Below are positions 41,169-55,680 of a stretch of 64,000 bases of DNA, piece by piece. How positions within the stretch are numbered: the stretch's first letter is position 1; every line of letters starts with the position of its first letter. Both the position numbers and the translations under genes were made by a program. This stretch comes from Eledone cirrhosa (lineage: Eukaryota), in the NCBI GenBank assembly GCA_964016885.1, contig OZ024745.1, forward strand, positions 132,370,001 through 132,434,000, read 5' to 3'. The notes under the pieces were generated by a model that searched no databases, had not been told where the DNA came from, and worked only from the letters and a program-made list of their open reading frames with translations.

Positions 41169-42477
41169 GATTACTATCACTCTTTCAAAAGTTATTGACT
41201 CATGTTATTCCACTTTGTAATTCTCTGCTGTTTTTGCTCCGTTTCCTCTACACCAATTTCCAGAACCCTTTAAACTTTCCTTTCATCCTATTTTAATTCT
41301 GCTCAGTTCTATTACACTTGCCACTTCCATTATTTTCTTGTTTGCTGTTTATTGTTAGCTAATTATATTTCTTTGTTGTAGCTTTTATTTCTGTGTGTGT
41401 TATATATTTTTTAATTGTTCCTTTCCCTTCGTAAGCTTATGTCTATTTGAAGAGCATTCGGATCTTTATCTCTAGTTATTTCTGTATCTCCCGCTGATGT
41501 TTTCCGCAGTGTTTGATTTGCGCTGAAGCAAAAGGCCAGCATAGTGGTAGCTACATGAATGGAGGCAAAACAACAATAACTATGATAAAAAATAATGTTG
41601 CAAGAATAACAATAGCAACATAATAATTGGCTTTGCTAGTTAGACACTCACATAGATGGACCTTTAACCTCTTGATTGCAGTAATGATGTAATGTCATGA
41701 TACATTAATTGCTCAATTAGATAATTATCTGTTCTAGGATTAGCCATATTTTAAACGTTCATTACTATTTTCCATTTCTCCGTCTACTAATATTTTCATA
41801 TCGAAGGAAACATTTTATTCAAATCAATGTTTTCTCTCTTATAGAACCAGCTTAGGTGAATTTGATTTTGAACTCAGAATTTAAAATTTTGTTGAAATAT
41901 AACCAGTAAAATTAAATCTTAGTTAATTAACTGGTCTATAGTTAACACATTGTGATATATTTAAGCTTAGAAAAATATAGCAAAGTTAAATCTCAGCAAA
42001 ATAATCACTTTAACAGCAGAATAACACTATCATTATAATAATTATCAGCATTATCCTCATGATTAGAAATAAGACTATAATTAACAGCATTCATTTTTGT
42101 AAATATTTGTCTTGTCGACATAGACCTTGCTATGTGTTTACTATCTGTATCGCACGCAATTCTTCCGTCTAAGGTTTTATTGCCATTTCATGACTGCCTT
42201 ATCCTTGAGGGTATATCTTCTTCGTCACATTAGGAAGATAGCTTTAACTACTTTTTCAAAGTCTATGCTTTCCTCTTCAGATATTTCCATACCAATATTC
42301 TCATGATAAATATCGTTTTATTACAAAGTGTCATAACCTCTATGTATCTGAGATATAGCTATCTCAAATGTTAGCCTTTTAAGAGGAGTATTTAATGTAT
42401 CTTCATTGAGCAGCTATGGTAGCAGCTTCTGTGTATATTGGATATGGTAGCAGATGATAGAGCTTTAGAGCAACATT

Positions 42478-42590
42478 CTTCTTTTACTGGTTAGAGGCAT
42501 TAGTTTGAGGCCATGCTGGGGCACTACATTGAATGATTTCCACGGCCATATCAAGCCCAGTGCTTATTTAATCTAGTACGTAATTTATGC
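42478..42590 (-). mobile_element. SINE 3' part (second family)
   Basis: ttttactggttagaggcattagtttgaggccatgctggggcac resembles a recalled octopod SINE tail. Confidence 0.5.
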
Positions 42591-42824
42591 TTTATATGTA
42601 CAAAATACTGTTTCTCAAAAGACATATGGCTCTTTCTCTCTATATATATATACATATACCTTTTAATTTAAATTATTGATGCTCTGAACAATATATATAT
42701 ATATAAATATATGTATATATATAAATATACATATACGCCCGCGCGATCGTGTGTGTGTGTCCGTATGTGCGTGTGTGTGCGTGCGCGTGTGTGTATTAAA
42801 ATGAAAACCAAAGTGTTTGTAGGA

Positions 42825-42908
42825 AAGAATCTTCTCGAAACTGCCATGCAGTGGAAACTGAACCCGAAACTACATGATTGGGAAGCGAACTAGATAACCA
42901 CACAGCTA
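42825..42908 (-). mobile_element. tRNA-derived SINE head
   Basis: Minus strand TAGCTGTGTGG (A box) ... GGGTTCAGTTTCC (B box). Confidence 0.6.
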
Positions 42909-43641
42909 TTAGTTTATGATCTTTTATACACACAACTGAGTGAAGTAGAGTAACTAAGTCTTCCGTTGAATAATCTCAATTGAAAAACACTGAAATCGTT
43001 GCAGGGTTTCGACAATATATAAAATCTGGTCTAGTTTTAATGTATATCTTTTCGGCCAACAGCATACGTCACTCATTACGCGGCCACGTCATAACCACTA
43101 CTCACCCACAACTAACATTGCCAGTAGCACCTGTGCCATCACAACTAATCCTGCTACCCCAGCACCATTACCACCTATATACATATATATTTATATCATC
43201 TAGATTACTTGGAATTGTAAAGTTTAAATACATGAACATAAAGTATAATTCAGCATGTATTTCTTATATTTCTATTTGTCCCATAATTATAAGATTTCAT
43301 TTCATAATCCCTACCGGATATATAACCTTATTGCATCCTATATTCTACTTAATATTGCTACTCCAAGTAGTTTACACAGAAAAGAATATGGTAGTGGATC
43401 GTTTATTAACAACAGAAAACTACATTCGTGCGGGAACGGACAGCTATTGATGCCACGGGAAGACCCTAACACTTAGCGTCATATTAAGGACATATTTGCT
43501 GATTATAAAGTCCTAGCTTCACGTAAACTGGCAAACTGTGCAATGTGTGTTCTTAAACTTTATTACCCATAAAAAACAACAGGTTCTTATTTAAAGCGAA
43601 GTCATTTGGCCTACACTTCAGACCTGAGAAATCTACGACTA

Positions 43642-43935
43642 ATAATTGTTTCTACTTTTGGCACAAGGCCAGCAATTACGCCAGTGCATTACTGGTACTT
43701 TAAATTATCGACCCCGTAAGGATGAAAGGCAAAGTTAACCTTGGCGGGATTTGAACTCAGAATGGAAAGGGCCGTAACTCTATGCGTCAAAGCATGGCGT
43801 CCACCCTCTACCGGTACTGGCAATAATTGTTTCTACTTTTGGCACAAGGCCAGCAAATACCCAGTGCATTACTGGTACTTTATTTTATCGACCCCGTAAG
43901 GATGAAAGGCAAAGTCAACCTCGGCGGGATTTGGC
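43642..43935 (-). mobile_element. Two tandem tRNA-derived SINEs
   Basis: aataattgtttctacttttggcacaaggccagc starts at about 43642 and 43822. Confidence 0.92.
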
Positions 43936-44611
43936 CAATAATATTAGAGAAACATGCTTCTCAACATTAGTATTGATATGTCAGCATGACATACGCCATT
44001 TCAACTGACAAGATTATTTTAAAAATTAATAAAAAAAAGAGGAAGATGGTGGAAAATAGTAGATAAGTAATAGACTAATAATGACATTGATGAGGATGTT
44101 AATGATGAGGATGAGGTGGTAGATAAAAAACATTCTAGTGAAAACAGTCTATCTATGTAATTTACATTTGTGCTAGCAAGTCATACTATATTGTGCAAAT
44201 TGTATTGTGAGACCTGATCATGTTCAGATACGAACGTATATTCAGACTTGAGATTTTCTCGTTATCAAAAGAGAAGCTTTCCTTCGATCCAATTAGGTTA
44301 ACTCTCAAAGGTAATTCAACTGAATTTCTTCACTATTTACTATATACATGAATAATCAATTTTATCAATATACATATGTTCCTGTGGGGCACATAACCCC
44401 TAATTTGGCAATTTATACAACTAATAATTTGGAAATTCTTTTCTTAGCACATGAATGTATGTGCTGAGATTAAATAAGTTGTGTCAGGATTTGTTGAAGA
44501 GGGAGAAAATACTCACCTTTGTGCAGTATCTTTGATTAAAAAATATATTATTTTTTGGCAAGTGGAGTCTGTTTCAAAGCTGAAGGAACAACACAGTCTG
44601 CCATTCTATCC

Positions 44612-45077
44612 ATCTAAATCTAATACATACACTTCTAAATCTAATACATGTACTTCTAAATCTAATACATGTACTGCTAAGTCTAATATATGTACTTTTA
44701 AATCTAATACATGTACTTATAAATCTAATACATGTACTTCTAAATCTAATATATATACTTCTAAATCTAACACATGTACTTATAAATCTAATATAAGTAC
44801 TTATAAATCTAATATAAGTACTTCTAAATCTAATATAAGTACTTCTAATTCTAATACATGTACTTCTAAATCTAATATAAGTACTTCTAAATATAATACA
44901 TATACTTCTAAATCTAATATAATTACTTTTAAATCTAACACATGTACTTCTAAATCTAATAATGTACTTCTAAATTTAATGCATGTACTTCTAAATCTAA
45001 TACATGTACTTCTAAGTCTAATATATGTACTTCTAAATCTAATATATGTTCTTCTAAATCTAATATATGTACTTCTT
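44612..45077. repeat. 21-bp minisatellite, about 22 units
   Basis: Unit tctaaatctaatacatgtact. Confidence 0.95.
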
Positions 45078-45611
45078 TCATGAAACAAATGGAAATCTGA
45101 GTGTAAAGGTTTTGTGTTTTTCACATGATAAACATAACTGGTTCATATTACATCTGGTAAATAATTGTTTTGATGAGTCTTATAATTAGAGATTCCCTTT
45201 ACATTGTGAAACACTCAAATAGTACGGTGTATAATTTTTAACTAATAAAAAAGAACACGTTGTAACATATAACAATATAGCTACCCTCGACTCTTATACT
45301 TGAAATGGCGTTAAAATCTTAATAGCACAACCAACCCTTAAGGGCCTAGAGAGAATTCTGTCTTATAAAGGAAATATCTAAATGATGAATAAAATATTTT
45401 TTATATATAACTAGTATTTAAGTATATATATATAAATATATGTATATATATCAATATACATATACGCCCGCGCGAGCGTGTGTGTATCCGTGCGTGTGTG
45501 TGTGTATGTATGTGTGTGTGTGTATGTTGTGTGTGTGTGTGTGTGTGTATGCATATATATATATGTATATGTGTATAGTTATATGTATATATATATGTAT
45601 ATATATATATA

Positions 45612-46038
<427 letters not shown>

Positions 46039-46574
46039 GTATATGTGTGTGTATATATATATACATATGTCCCCAAAGTACCCTTTTAATGTAGCCACCT
46101 ATATTAGTGTTGTTTACCTTTGGCAAGGTGACAGGACAAGGTCCGTTGTTTTGAGCTGCGACCATCCATAACACTATCGTATAGTGCCAAGATATTGTAT
46201 AGAACGTAATAACTTGGACATGTATGAAATACGTATTAGCTAGATTTTGGCAATTTTAAACGAACAGTAAAATAGTGAGATAAAATCATCCCAAATAACA
46301 CAAAACAATATATAAATAAATTAAAGATGAAATAGTTTATTCTTTATGAAATGGTTTATTCTTTATTATCAGCAGACAAAGCAACGGAAATGAAATGGTT
46401 GTAAAATCTGCCAGCTTAGCTATTAGAACTTGTTAATGGGTGTTTAAATCTGAGTTTATTTATTGTTCAGCCAGTTACTAGTGATGTCACTTTTAAAGCT
46501 TTGTTAGGAAGTACGAAGGAAAAAACAAAAGTAAGAACATATTTTTTAACTCATAAAAAGTAAGAAGGAAAGAC

Positions 46575-47000
46575 AAAGAGAGGGTGGGAGAGAAAGAGAG
46601 GGAATAGAGAGAAAGGAGGAGAGAGAGAGGGAGATAGGTAAAGAGAGAGAGAAAGAGAGGGAGATAGGTAAAGAGAGAGAGAGAGAGAGCTAATGAGAAA
46701 GAGATAAAGAGATAAAAGAGAGAGATAAAGAGAGTGATAGAGATAGAGAGGCAAAGAGAGAGGGACAGGTAGAGAGATGAAGAGAGGGAGAGAGTAATAA
46801 AGAGAGAGATAAAGAGAGAGACAGATAGAGAGATGAAGAGAGAGAGAGAGAGTAATAAAATGAGAGAGAAAGAGAGAGAGAGACGTATAGGGAGATGAAG
46901 GAAAGAAAGAGTGAGAGAAAGAAAGACATAGAAAGAGAGAGAGAAAGGAAGAAAGAAAGAGATAGAGAGAGAGAGGGAGTGAGAGATAAAGATAGAAAGA

Positions 47001-47033
<33 letters not shown>

Positions 47034-47050
47034 AGAGGGAAAGAGAGAGT

Positions 47051-47084
<34 letters not shown>

Positions 47085-47192
47085 AAGAGAAAGAGAGAGA
47101 GTGAAAGATAGAGATAGAGAGAGAGAGAGAGGGAAAAGAGAGTGAGAGAGAGAGAGAGAAAGAGAAAGAGAAAGAGAGAGAGAAAGAGAGAG
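46575..47192. repeat. GA-rich polypurine tract
   Basis: Direct observation. Confidence 0.95.
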
Positions 47193-47314
47193 AACTTATA
47201 AATGAGACAATGTGGAGGTAGAAATAAGAAAAAAATCTAATAAATATAAGAAAGAAAGGAATGATAAAAAAGTGAGATATTGAGTGAATGGCGGGGAAAA
47301 TAGAGCAAAAGATG

Positions 47315-48675
47315 AATGTGTTACATGTGACATAGACGTGTTACATGTGGTAGAGATGAGGGTGTTACATGTGGTAGAGATGTGTTACATGTGACAGAGA
47401 TGAGGGTGTTACATGTGATAGAGATGAGTGTGTTACATGTGGTGGAGATGTGTTACATGTGATAGTTATGAGTGTGTTACATGTGGTAGAGATGAGTGTG
47501 TTACATGTGATAGAGATGTATTACATGTGATAGTGATGTGTTACATGTGACATACATGAGTGTGTTACATATGGTAGAGATGAGTGTGATACATGTGATA
47601 GTGATGAGTGTGTTACATGTGATAAAGATGTGTTACATGTAACAGTGATGTGTTACATGTGATAGAGATATGTTACAAGTGATAGAGATGTATTGAATGT
47701 GACAGTGATGAGTGTGTTTCATGTGATAGAGATGTGTTACATGTGATAGAGATGAGGGTGTTACATTTGATAGATATGTGTTACATGTGATAGAGATGAG
47801 GGTGTTATATGTGATAGAGATGTGTTACATGTGACAGAGATGACGGTGTTACATGTGATAGAGATGAGTGTGTTACATGTGATAGAGATGTGTTACATAT
47901 GATAGTGATGAGTGTGTTACATGTGGTAGAGATGAGTATGTTACATGTGACAGTGATGTGTTACATGTGATAGTTATGAGTGCGTTACATGTGGTAGAGA
48001 TGAGTGTGTTACATGTGAAAGAGATGTGTTCCATGTGATAGTGATGTGTTACATGCGACATACATGAGTGTGTTACATGTGATATAGATGAGTGTGTTAC
48101 ATGTGACAGAGATGAGTGTGATACATGTGATAGTGATGAGTGTGTTACATGTGATAAAGATGTGTTACATGTAACAGTGATGTGTTACATGTGATAGGGA
48201 TATGTTACAAATGTTAGAGATGTGTTACATGTGACAGAGATGAGTGTGTTTCATGTGATAGAGATGTGTTACATGTGATAGAGATGAGGGTGTCACATGT
48301 GATAGAGATGTGTTATATGTGATAGTGATGAGGGAGTTACATGTGATAGAGATGTGTTACATGTGATAGAGATGTGGGTGTTACACGTGATAGAGATGTG
48401 TTACATGTGATAGAGATGTGTTACTTGTGATAGCGATGAGAGAGTTACATGTGATAGAGATGTGTTATATGTGATTGAGATGTGTTGTTATTTCATGTGA
48501 TAGATATGTGTTGTTATTTCATGTGATAGAGATGTGTTGTTATTTCATGTGATAGAGATGTGTTGTTATTTCATGTGATAGAGATGTGTTGTTATTTCAT
48601 GTGATAGAGATGTGTTGTTATTTCATGTGATAGAGATGTGTTGTTATTTCATGTGATAGAGATGTGTTGTTATTT
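47315..48675. repeat. Minisatellite mosaic (about 20/24-bp gtgttacatgtgatagagat[gagt]) switching to near-perfect 26-bp units from about 48480
   Basis: Direct observation. Confidence 0.95.
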
Positions 48676-48817
48676 CTCCGCGGAAGTAGAATCATATGAT
48701 ATGATTCCAGTTCCTCAGAGAAATAACAACACAACCAGGAGCTGGACATATCGATATATTGACGGAGTAAAACACACTTCAACAACATGTGTACCTGTTC
48801 TTCCCACACTAATTCGG

Positions 48818-48872
48818 ACTGCCTGAAGAAGTCACAGCCAATGATGGCTGTCACCGAAATATACATAGCAGT
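48818..48872 (+). ncRNA. Type I hammerhead ribozyme
   Basis: ACTGC-CTGAAGA-A-GTcACAGCCA atga TGGCTGTcAC-C-GAAA-TATACA-T-A|GCAGT. Confidence 0.82.
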
Positions 48873-48978
48873 ATATCTATAATTTATAATAAGCGAAGCC
48901 AAATTTTACATATTTGACTTAATTATCTTATTTTATATGTATATATATAAATATATATATATGCATGTGAGTGTGTGT

Positions 48979-49053
<75 letters not shown>

Positions 49054-49092
49054 TGTGTGTGTATTTACTCACGTAAAATTACAATATTATAT

Positions 49093-49279
49093 GTGGATTG
49101 GCAGTATCGGTAGAGGGTCGGACGACAGGCTCTGACGTATAGAGTTACGGCCCTTGCCATTCTGAGTTCACATCCCGCCGAGGTTAACTTTGCCTTTCAT
49201 CCTTATGGGGTCGATAAAATTAAGTACCAGTAATGCACTGGGTAATTGCTGGCCTTGTCCCAAAAGTAGAAACAATTAT
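49093..49279 (+). mobile_element. tRNA-derived SINE, full length
   Basis: A box TGGCAGTATCGG, B box GAGTTCACATCCC, family core, gtagaaacaatta tail. Confidence 0.92.
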
Positions 49280-49625
49280 ATATATGTATATATACTCGTG
49301 CAAAATATTGATAACAACATATATATTCAATACTACATATATTCAAATACGAAAGAAAAAAGTCCAGACAAAAGTAATAATAAAGTTTATTATGATAATG
49401 AGTAAGTTTGTATATTAGGATGACAAACATTAAAGGTAGCAACTTGAAATATTCAGTAGCAGAAGAACAGATACATTTTGAAAAAACACAAAAAATTAAA
49501 GTCGAATTATTCCAAATACACACGTTTGCTTACGTATGTACACCCCACCCCACAAATATATATTTGAATGAATGTAAGTAATGCGATCAAGTAATAAATA
49601 TAATTATATGTATATATAAATATAA

Positions 49626-49748
<123 letters not shown>

Positions 49749-49879
49749 TGTGTATGCACATATATATGCACACACACATATATATATTTATATATATATA
49801 TATTAGTAATAATAATAACAACATATATATATATGGTGAGGAAGGGAGTCAAAAAGAGGGGTAGAGAGATAGAGAGAGA

Positions 49880-49927
<48 letters not shown>

Positions 49928-50081
49928 AAGAGAGAGATGGGGGAGTTATGAACCAGTGAAGAAAAAATATTTTTGTAATGTACACGAAACCGTTTTATAT
50001 CTAAAGCATAAAATATTCTCAGATACATATATAAACTTTGCCACTACACGTACATACACCTCTCTATACCAATGTTATTTG

Positions 50082-50130
<49 letters not shown>

Positions 50131-50181
50131 GTGTGTGTGTGGGTGTGTATATAGAATTATGTATATGTATGTATATGTATG

Positions 50182-50237
<56 letters not shown>

Positions 50238-50283
50238 TAATTATGTTTATATATATAAATATACTTATGTATACGTATATATG

Positions 50284-50319
<36 letters not shown>

Positions 50320-51751
50320 TGTATACATTCATACAAATACTTATGTGCATTCAAGTACATTTAGACATAGTTGCTTATTCATATGTTCAGATATATACAA
50401 AGTGATAAACACGCATGCGCACATATGCACAACTATATGCCACTATGTGTCTTTATGTGTGTGTATGCTTTCAGTATTTTTTTTAAGAAGTAAGATCTTT
50501 ATAATATAAGTTAAACTTTTGTGTGATTTTCTTTAAGAAACATTTGAAGGTATATTGCTCTTCTCCATTAAATCTTCTAAGTATAAATGGGAAATCTTTC
50601 TTTTTTCTCCCATTTTTTTTTGTATTATAATATTTCCTTTTTATGAATTTAACTTTCATAATTTTACCTTTTACGAAATAGAAAAAATTCAAAGAGACGA
50701 ATCAATGCAGAATATTTATAAAATGATTTTTTTGTGTCAAAATATAAATGAAAAATATCTTTGGAACTAAAATATATATTGAATAAAATATTAATAAAAT
50801 TTTCATTCAAATATGTTTTTACTCGGAGTTCTTAGAGCGATTTCTCTGCTTATGTTTGTAAGTTTGCCTTTCTAGATATTTGCCCTCTAATTAGATGCCA
50901 ATCTAAAACCATGGGAATATTTCATTAGGTTGTTTTTTTTACTAGTACAGGATAAGCCGGTATGTTTACATATTAATACTGATGTTGCTTATTTGGTATG
51001 AGTAAATACTCGGGCGACTTGCAGACTCAATAACCATTTTTCCATACAAGTAAGCCCATCCCCTGTCCTTGGAACACCAGAGTGTCCATCTACATAAGCG
51101 TAATGACTGAAGAATACGATTACATACGCAAATGTAACTCTTACTATATTTGATCTAATTCTGCAGGTATCTAGCCGAAAGTGTTGTGTCTATTACTTTG
51201 CTGTAAACCATGAAACGGTTGATGAAAATGGCAGAGTATAATGTTTCTGTTATAAGGCTCAGCATATAACAATTCATATAACTATGTGCTTGGGATTCAT
51301 TATCTAGCCATAACTAAATATGTTCTAGAATGGCCAACTAAAAAATTATATTTGTATATACTATTAATAGTGTGACTGTATAATATCTTTTTGTTTAGGA
51401 AATTAACAAAAACTACCCCCCCCCCAAAAAAAAACCCCCGTTAAATATCAAAACGAAACAAATAGAAAACTATTGTTATTGAAGATTGAAAAATTTCAGT
51501 TCGACAGAAAAATATTATTAACTCCACACAAAATATATCTTCATTATTAAAAGCAAGAAGATGTATCAGGTCCGATAATCCTAGCCCTTTCAGGTTTCAA
51601 GTTATGTGTTTCACTGACTGGTGTATTTCAAATCTAATGGTACTTGATGGATATGTTGGGATGGTCACAGCTGAAAATACTCATAGTGAAAGATATGGAT
51701 GTTTATTATACATAAATATAGTGTACATGCTTTCATATGTCACTCTCTCCA

Positions 51752-51801
<50 letters not shown>

Positions 51802-51909
51802 CCTCTCTCTCTCTCTCTCTGTATATATATATATATATATTTAATTAAATAGCTCACTTCTATACATAGAGCACTCTTTTTACCTTTGCATTTCCTTTGG
51901 AATTACGTA

Positions 51910-51941
<32 letters not shown>

Positions 51942-52067
51942 GTGTGTGTGTTATATGTGTTTCTTTCTATTGGCAATATTGGCAATATCACCACCACCCC
52001 CAAATATAACAATATATATATATGTAAATATAAATATATATTCATATATATATATATATACATACAC

Positions 52068-52212
52068 ACACAAGGGTCAGCTGAAATGTTCATAGGCCAA
52101 TGAAGTTTAATTTTCAATACAGTCCTCGCAGAGAAACAGTTCTTTAAATATGAGTTGAAACAAAAGCTTACAAGTTTTTACAGCGCAAGTATCATTTCTT
52201 CATAGTCAGCAT

Positions 52213-52215
<3 letters not shown>
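52068..52215 (+). mobile_element. Mariner-like remnant
   Basis: caagggtcagctgaaatgttcatagg resembles a mariner TIR; no full partner TIR. Confidence 0.4.
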
Positions 52216-52248
<33 letters not shown>

Positions 52249-52337
52249 GGCTCTCCTTTTTTCTCTCCTACAGTATGTCCTACACAAAAACACGATGGTG
52301 TAAGACAGAACAAAGGAGAGACACAAAATAATACCTA

Positions 52338-52380
52338 GTCTCTGAGGAGGTCACAGAATGCGTGACGAAAGAGCTTTGAC
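52338..52380 (+). ncRNA. Minimal type I hammerhead ribozyme (family of 33568)
   Basis: GTCt-CTGAGGA-G-GTCAC agaatgc GTGAC-GAAA-GAGC-T-T|TGAC. Confidence 0.75.
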
Positions 52381-52979
52381 AATATATAAATAACCTTCCG
52401 TGTGTTTTTATTGGCAGCATGTCCCTCCCTAAGTATAGTAATATCTGTTTCAACACACGTTTTCAGATAGGAAATCTCACAAAACAAATTCAAATATATA
52501 AATAATGCTTGAATTATATATATTGATCTAATTCTGCAGGTATCTAGCCGAAAGTGTTGTGTCTATTATATATAATGCTTGAATTATATATATATAATGC
52601 TTCAATATTTATTATTAAATTAATCGCCATTTGCCAAACGGGGATGTGCTATTCAGATCTGGTATTGTAAATCTAATTTATTTATGACATAAATAGCGAT
52701 TGTTTTCAGTCCAAGTAGATGAAGAAAGTACAAGAATCCCTTTGAGCAGGCATATTGCCGTGAAATATGTAAAACAATATCTAATACTTTTCTGTGTGTG
52801 AACAGAATAATGTGCATACATTTGTTCCTTTGACAAAACCTGGCTTATAATTTGAATTTGAAGTGTATTTGAATCGACATAAAATTTATCTTTCTGTTTA
52901 GATTTACCTTAATATTCATAGCCTCGTGCACTTTGAAATGCTTTTTCTTTCTGATTTGAATTTTACTTAATGTCAATGT

Positions 52980-53650
52980 TTCGTGCTGTTTGGCTTGAAT
53001 TTATTCTGGTGTCGTAGAATATAAATCTTGTCTATAATTTACAGTTGAGCCTTTTCTATAGTAAATGGCGGTGGCGAGTTGTTTCTATTTAGTTGTAACA
53101 TGGTTATCCAGTTACGAGTCTACAACTTCATTTCTTTCTATTTTTCTGTTGTCTAAATTAAAACTGATATTCAGTGTGTCAGTGAAGGGAGTCGGATTAA
53201 CACGTTTCCCAGTGAGAGGTTTGATGTCATTTATATTGCATGGATTTATCTGTTCTTTGAGAAGGATAATGTTCGAATTTGGTTAATATACGCTGTTCCA
53301 TTGCAAGTCTGCTCGAGCGTGTGGTATATTTTGGTTTAAGTTTGTCGGGGTTATACGATTGGAGATTATATTTGGTGGGTTGGATTGGTTGTGTATGACT
53401 GCAATAAAAGTTGGGGAGTGGTTTTGCAGAGATATATAGAAACAAAAAAATAATATGGCTGCAGTCGGAGGGAACCCGTCACTCCCATACCCGTAATAAG
53501 TGCAGGCTGGTTTGGGTTATATGGGCAGAGATAGGGTGTAATTTTCAATGGAGTCATTGATTTTTACTTCATGTCTTTTGTGGTATTTCTGTGGTGAGTG
53601 TGTTCCAGTGTAAATTTATGGATTGCTTTTGTTGAGATACTGGATAGCAT
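52980..53650 (-). mobile_element. Possible decayed Penelope RT fragment
   Basis: Weak minus-strand motifs GMGVTGS and TLNISFNL; adjoins a fold-back junction and a pLTR. Confidence 0.3.
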
Positions 53651-53750
53651 TTGTTTGGTATAAATTTGAGTGCGTTCAGTACAGTCATTTACACTGTACT
53701 GAACGCACTCAAATTTATAACAAATTTATACTCAAATTTATACCAAACAA
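53651..53750. repeat. Perfect 27-bp-arm hairpin with slipped duplications
   Basis: tataaatttgagtgcgttcagtacagt / actgtactgaacgcactcaaatttata. Confidence 0.93.
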
Positions 53751-54283
53751 TCGGCTCACTATTTTTATACTTGGCGCTTAATAGTTACAGGGTTCCAATT
53801 GAGTTTTAACTCTAATTTTCATATATATTTCTGCTCCCTCACAAGTTGAGCTTATTAAGTTGTGTGTGTTGGACTGTTATTTCTATTCAATACACGCTTA
53901 CCACGTTTGACTAGCGGAGCACGAGGTGACAAATTCATCTTTCTGTGTGAACGTTGGCAAATAGTGTTTGTTGCATTTAATCAGATTCTCTCGCTGATGA
54001 AGCCCAGGATTATCTGTTACAAACACACTCAGGGCGAAACAGATTAGGGATAATCTGTCCGAGAGATATAATGGTTATTGAGGCGGTTTGTATAATAATA
54101 TATCTTTATTTTATCATTCTGTCTGCTTCTTGGTTAAATATTTCAAACAAATGTGGTTTTTCAACCCTTGTAATTTTAGACACACGGTTTACTGTGTTTC
54201 TTACTATATATTATTAATCGGCTCAGTATTTTTATACTTGGAGCTTAATAGTTACAGGGTTCCAATTGAGTTTTAACTCTAAT

Positions 54284-54290
<7 letters not shown>
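53750..54290 (+). mobile_element. pLTR/retrozyme-like unit: about 70-bp direct repeats 467 bp apart enclosing an HHR
   Basis: tcggctca.tatttttatacttgg.gcttaatagttacagggttcc...ttttc at 53751 and 54218, each followed by TA repeats. Confidence 0.85.
53987..54066 (+). ncRNA. Canonical type I hammerhead ribozyme, predicted cleavage after C54059
   Basis: TCTCTCG-CTGATGA-A-GCCC[26-nt loop]GGGC-GAAA-CAGATTA ggga TAATCTG-T-C|CGAGAGA; all three stems and a GUC site. Confidence 0.93.
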
Positions 54291-54343
<53 letters not shown>

Positions 54344-54346
<3 letters not shown>

Positions 54347-54549
54347 AAATGGTATGACCCCGACGGCAGAGCTCAAGCCGTTTCGACGGCTATTTCTGTG
54401 TCCAGATATAACCGTCGAAACGGCTTCAGCTCTACCGTCGGGGTCATACCTTTTCCTATATATATATATATAACGAAGGAATTGTGGTAAGGAACCAGAT
54501 GGACCATAACGCACCAGAGTACTCAATACTTAGGGTAGTAGAGTGGGTA
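54344..54549. mobile_element. Family C fold-back (inverted repeat 54344-54457) plus a separate end fragment 54470-54549
   Basis: Homologous to the 11331 and 18463 elements. Confidence 0.88.
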
Positions 54550-54618
54550 ATATATATATATACACACATATATATATATATATACATGTATATATATATT
54601 TGTATATACACACACCCA

Positions 54619-54732
<114 letters not shown>

Positions 54733-55449
54733 CATACTTATACGTATGTATGAATTTACGTATGTAGAAAGTATGACATTTTAAATAATTATAGATGTTG
54801 AGACCACAATGTCTGGCTTGGATGCTGCAGGATTACCCGCGTGGGTCCCCATTTGCTTATAATAGATAGAGATAATAGGGGAGAGAGAGAGAGTGAGAGA
54901 GAGAAAGAGAGAGAGAGAGAGAGTCTTAAACAGCGAGAGAAAAAGAGAGAACATCAACACTTATTTACTTATAGTCAACTACTATGGAAAATATACATGC
55001 AATAATGTACGTATATTTGTACTTTATATCTCTAACTGACCCTTTTCGATGTTGTCAACACGGAAAGGAAATACATTTCGCTGAGGATATCTAATAAAAC
55101 GGGAACAAGTCCCATATATCACCATGTTGGCTTATAGACAATATCCACTCACACTACAATCGCTTACGCTTTTCTAAAAGGCTTCGATCAGCTATGGCTG
55201 GAAGAGTTATTTATCTAGCTTGTTGTCAATGATCAGAACACCCCTAATGGGAATTTCAGTATTAAACCTACAAAGATATTCTCGGTTGATTGGAAGATTT
55301 CCCTACTCGACAGAGACACTATTTTTACAGTGCTTCCCACGGGCATGTACTTCTTATTCTCTCCCACTCATTCACCCCCCCCCCACCCCCACACATACAC
55401 ACAAACGCACACGCACACACACACACACTCTCTCTCTCCATATATATCC

Positions 55450-55480
<31 letters not shown>

Positions 55481-55553
55481 GAAATACATATACAAACATT
55501 CTCACACAAACACACTCTCTCACTCTCTGTCTCACACACACAGACACATACAC

Positions 55554-55615
<62 letters not shown>

Positions 55616-55648
55616 TTGTGTATGTATGTGTGTGTGTGTGTTAGTGCA

Positions 55649-55680
<32 letters not shown>

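Noticed and set aside
39838-41220. Poly-Cys, Leu, Thr and His ORFs (metallothionein- or mucin-like)
   Set aside because: Trinucleotide tracts are open in most frames on both strands and no gene structure is visible.
42980-43450. 156-aa ORF
   Set aside because: Non-ATG start, no recognisable motif, and composition like AT-rich non-coding DNA.
44511-44580. Minus-strand exon with a strong AAG|GTGAGT donor
   Set aside because: The acceptor and frame are ambiguous and the peptide is unrecognisable.
44481-45124. 200-aa SKSNTCT repeat protein and an antisense LRR-like ORF
   Set aside because: Both are products of a 21-bp minisatellite, with a frameshift inside the array.
49093-49185. tRNA genes (also 27873 and 42825)
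   Set aside because: A/B boxes are present but there is no cloverleaf; at 49093 the head runs straight into the SINE body.
55030-55270. Possible GIY-YIG remnant; also a possible PLE RT remnant at about 60300-60800
   Set aside because: Too degenerate to support by eye.
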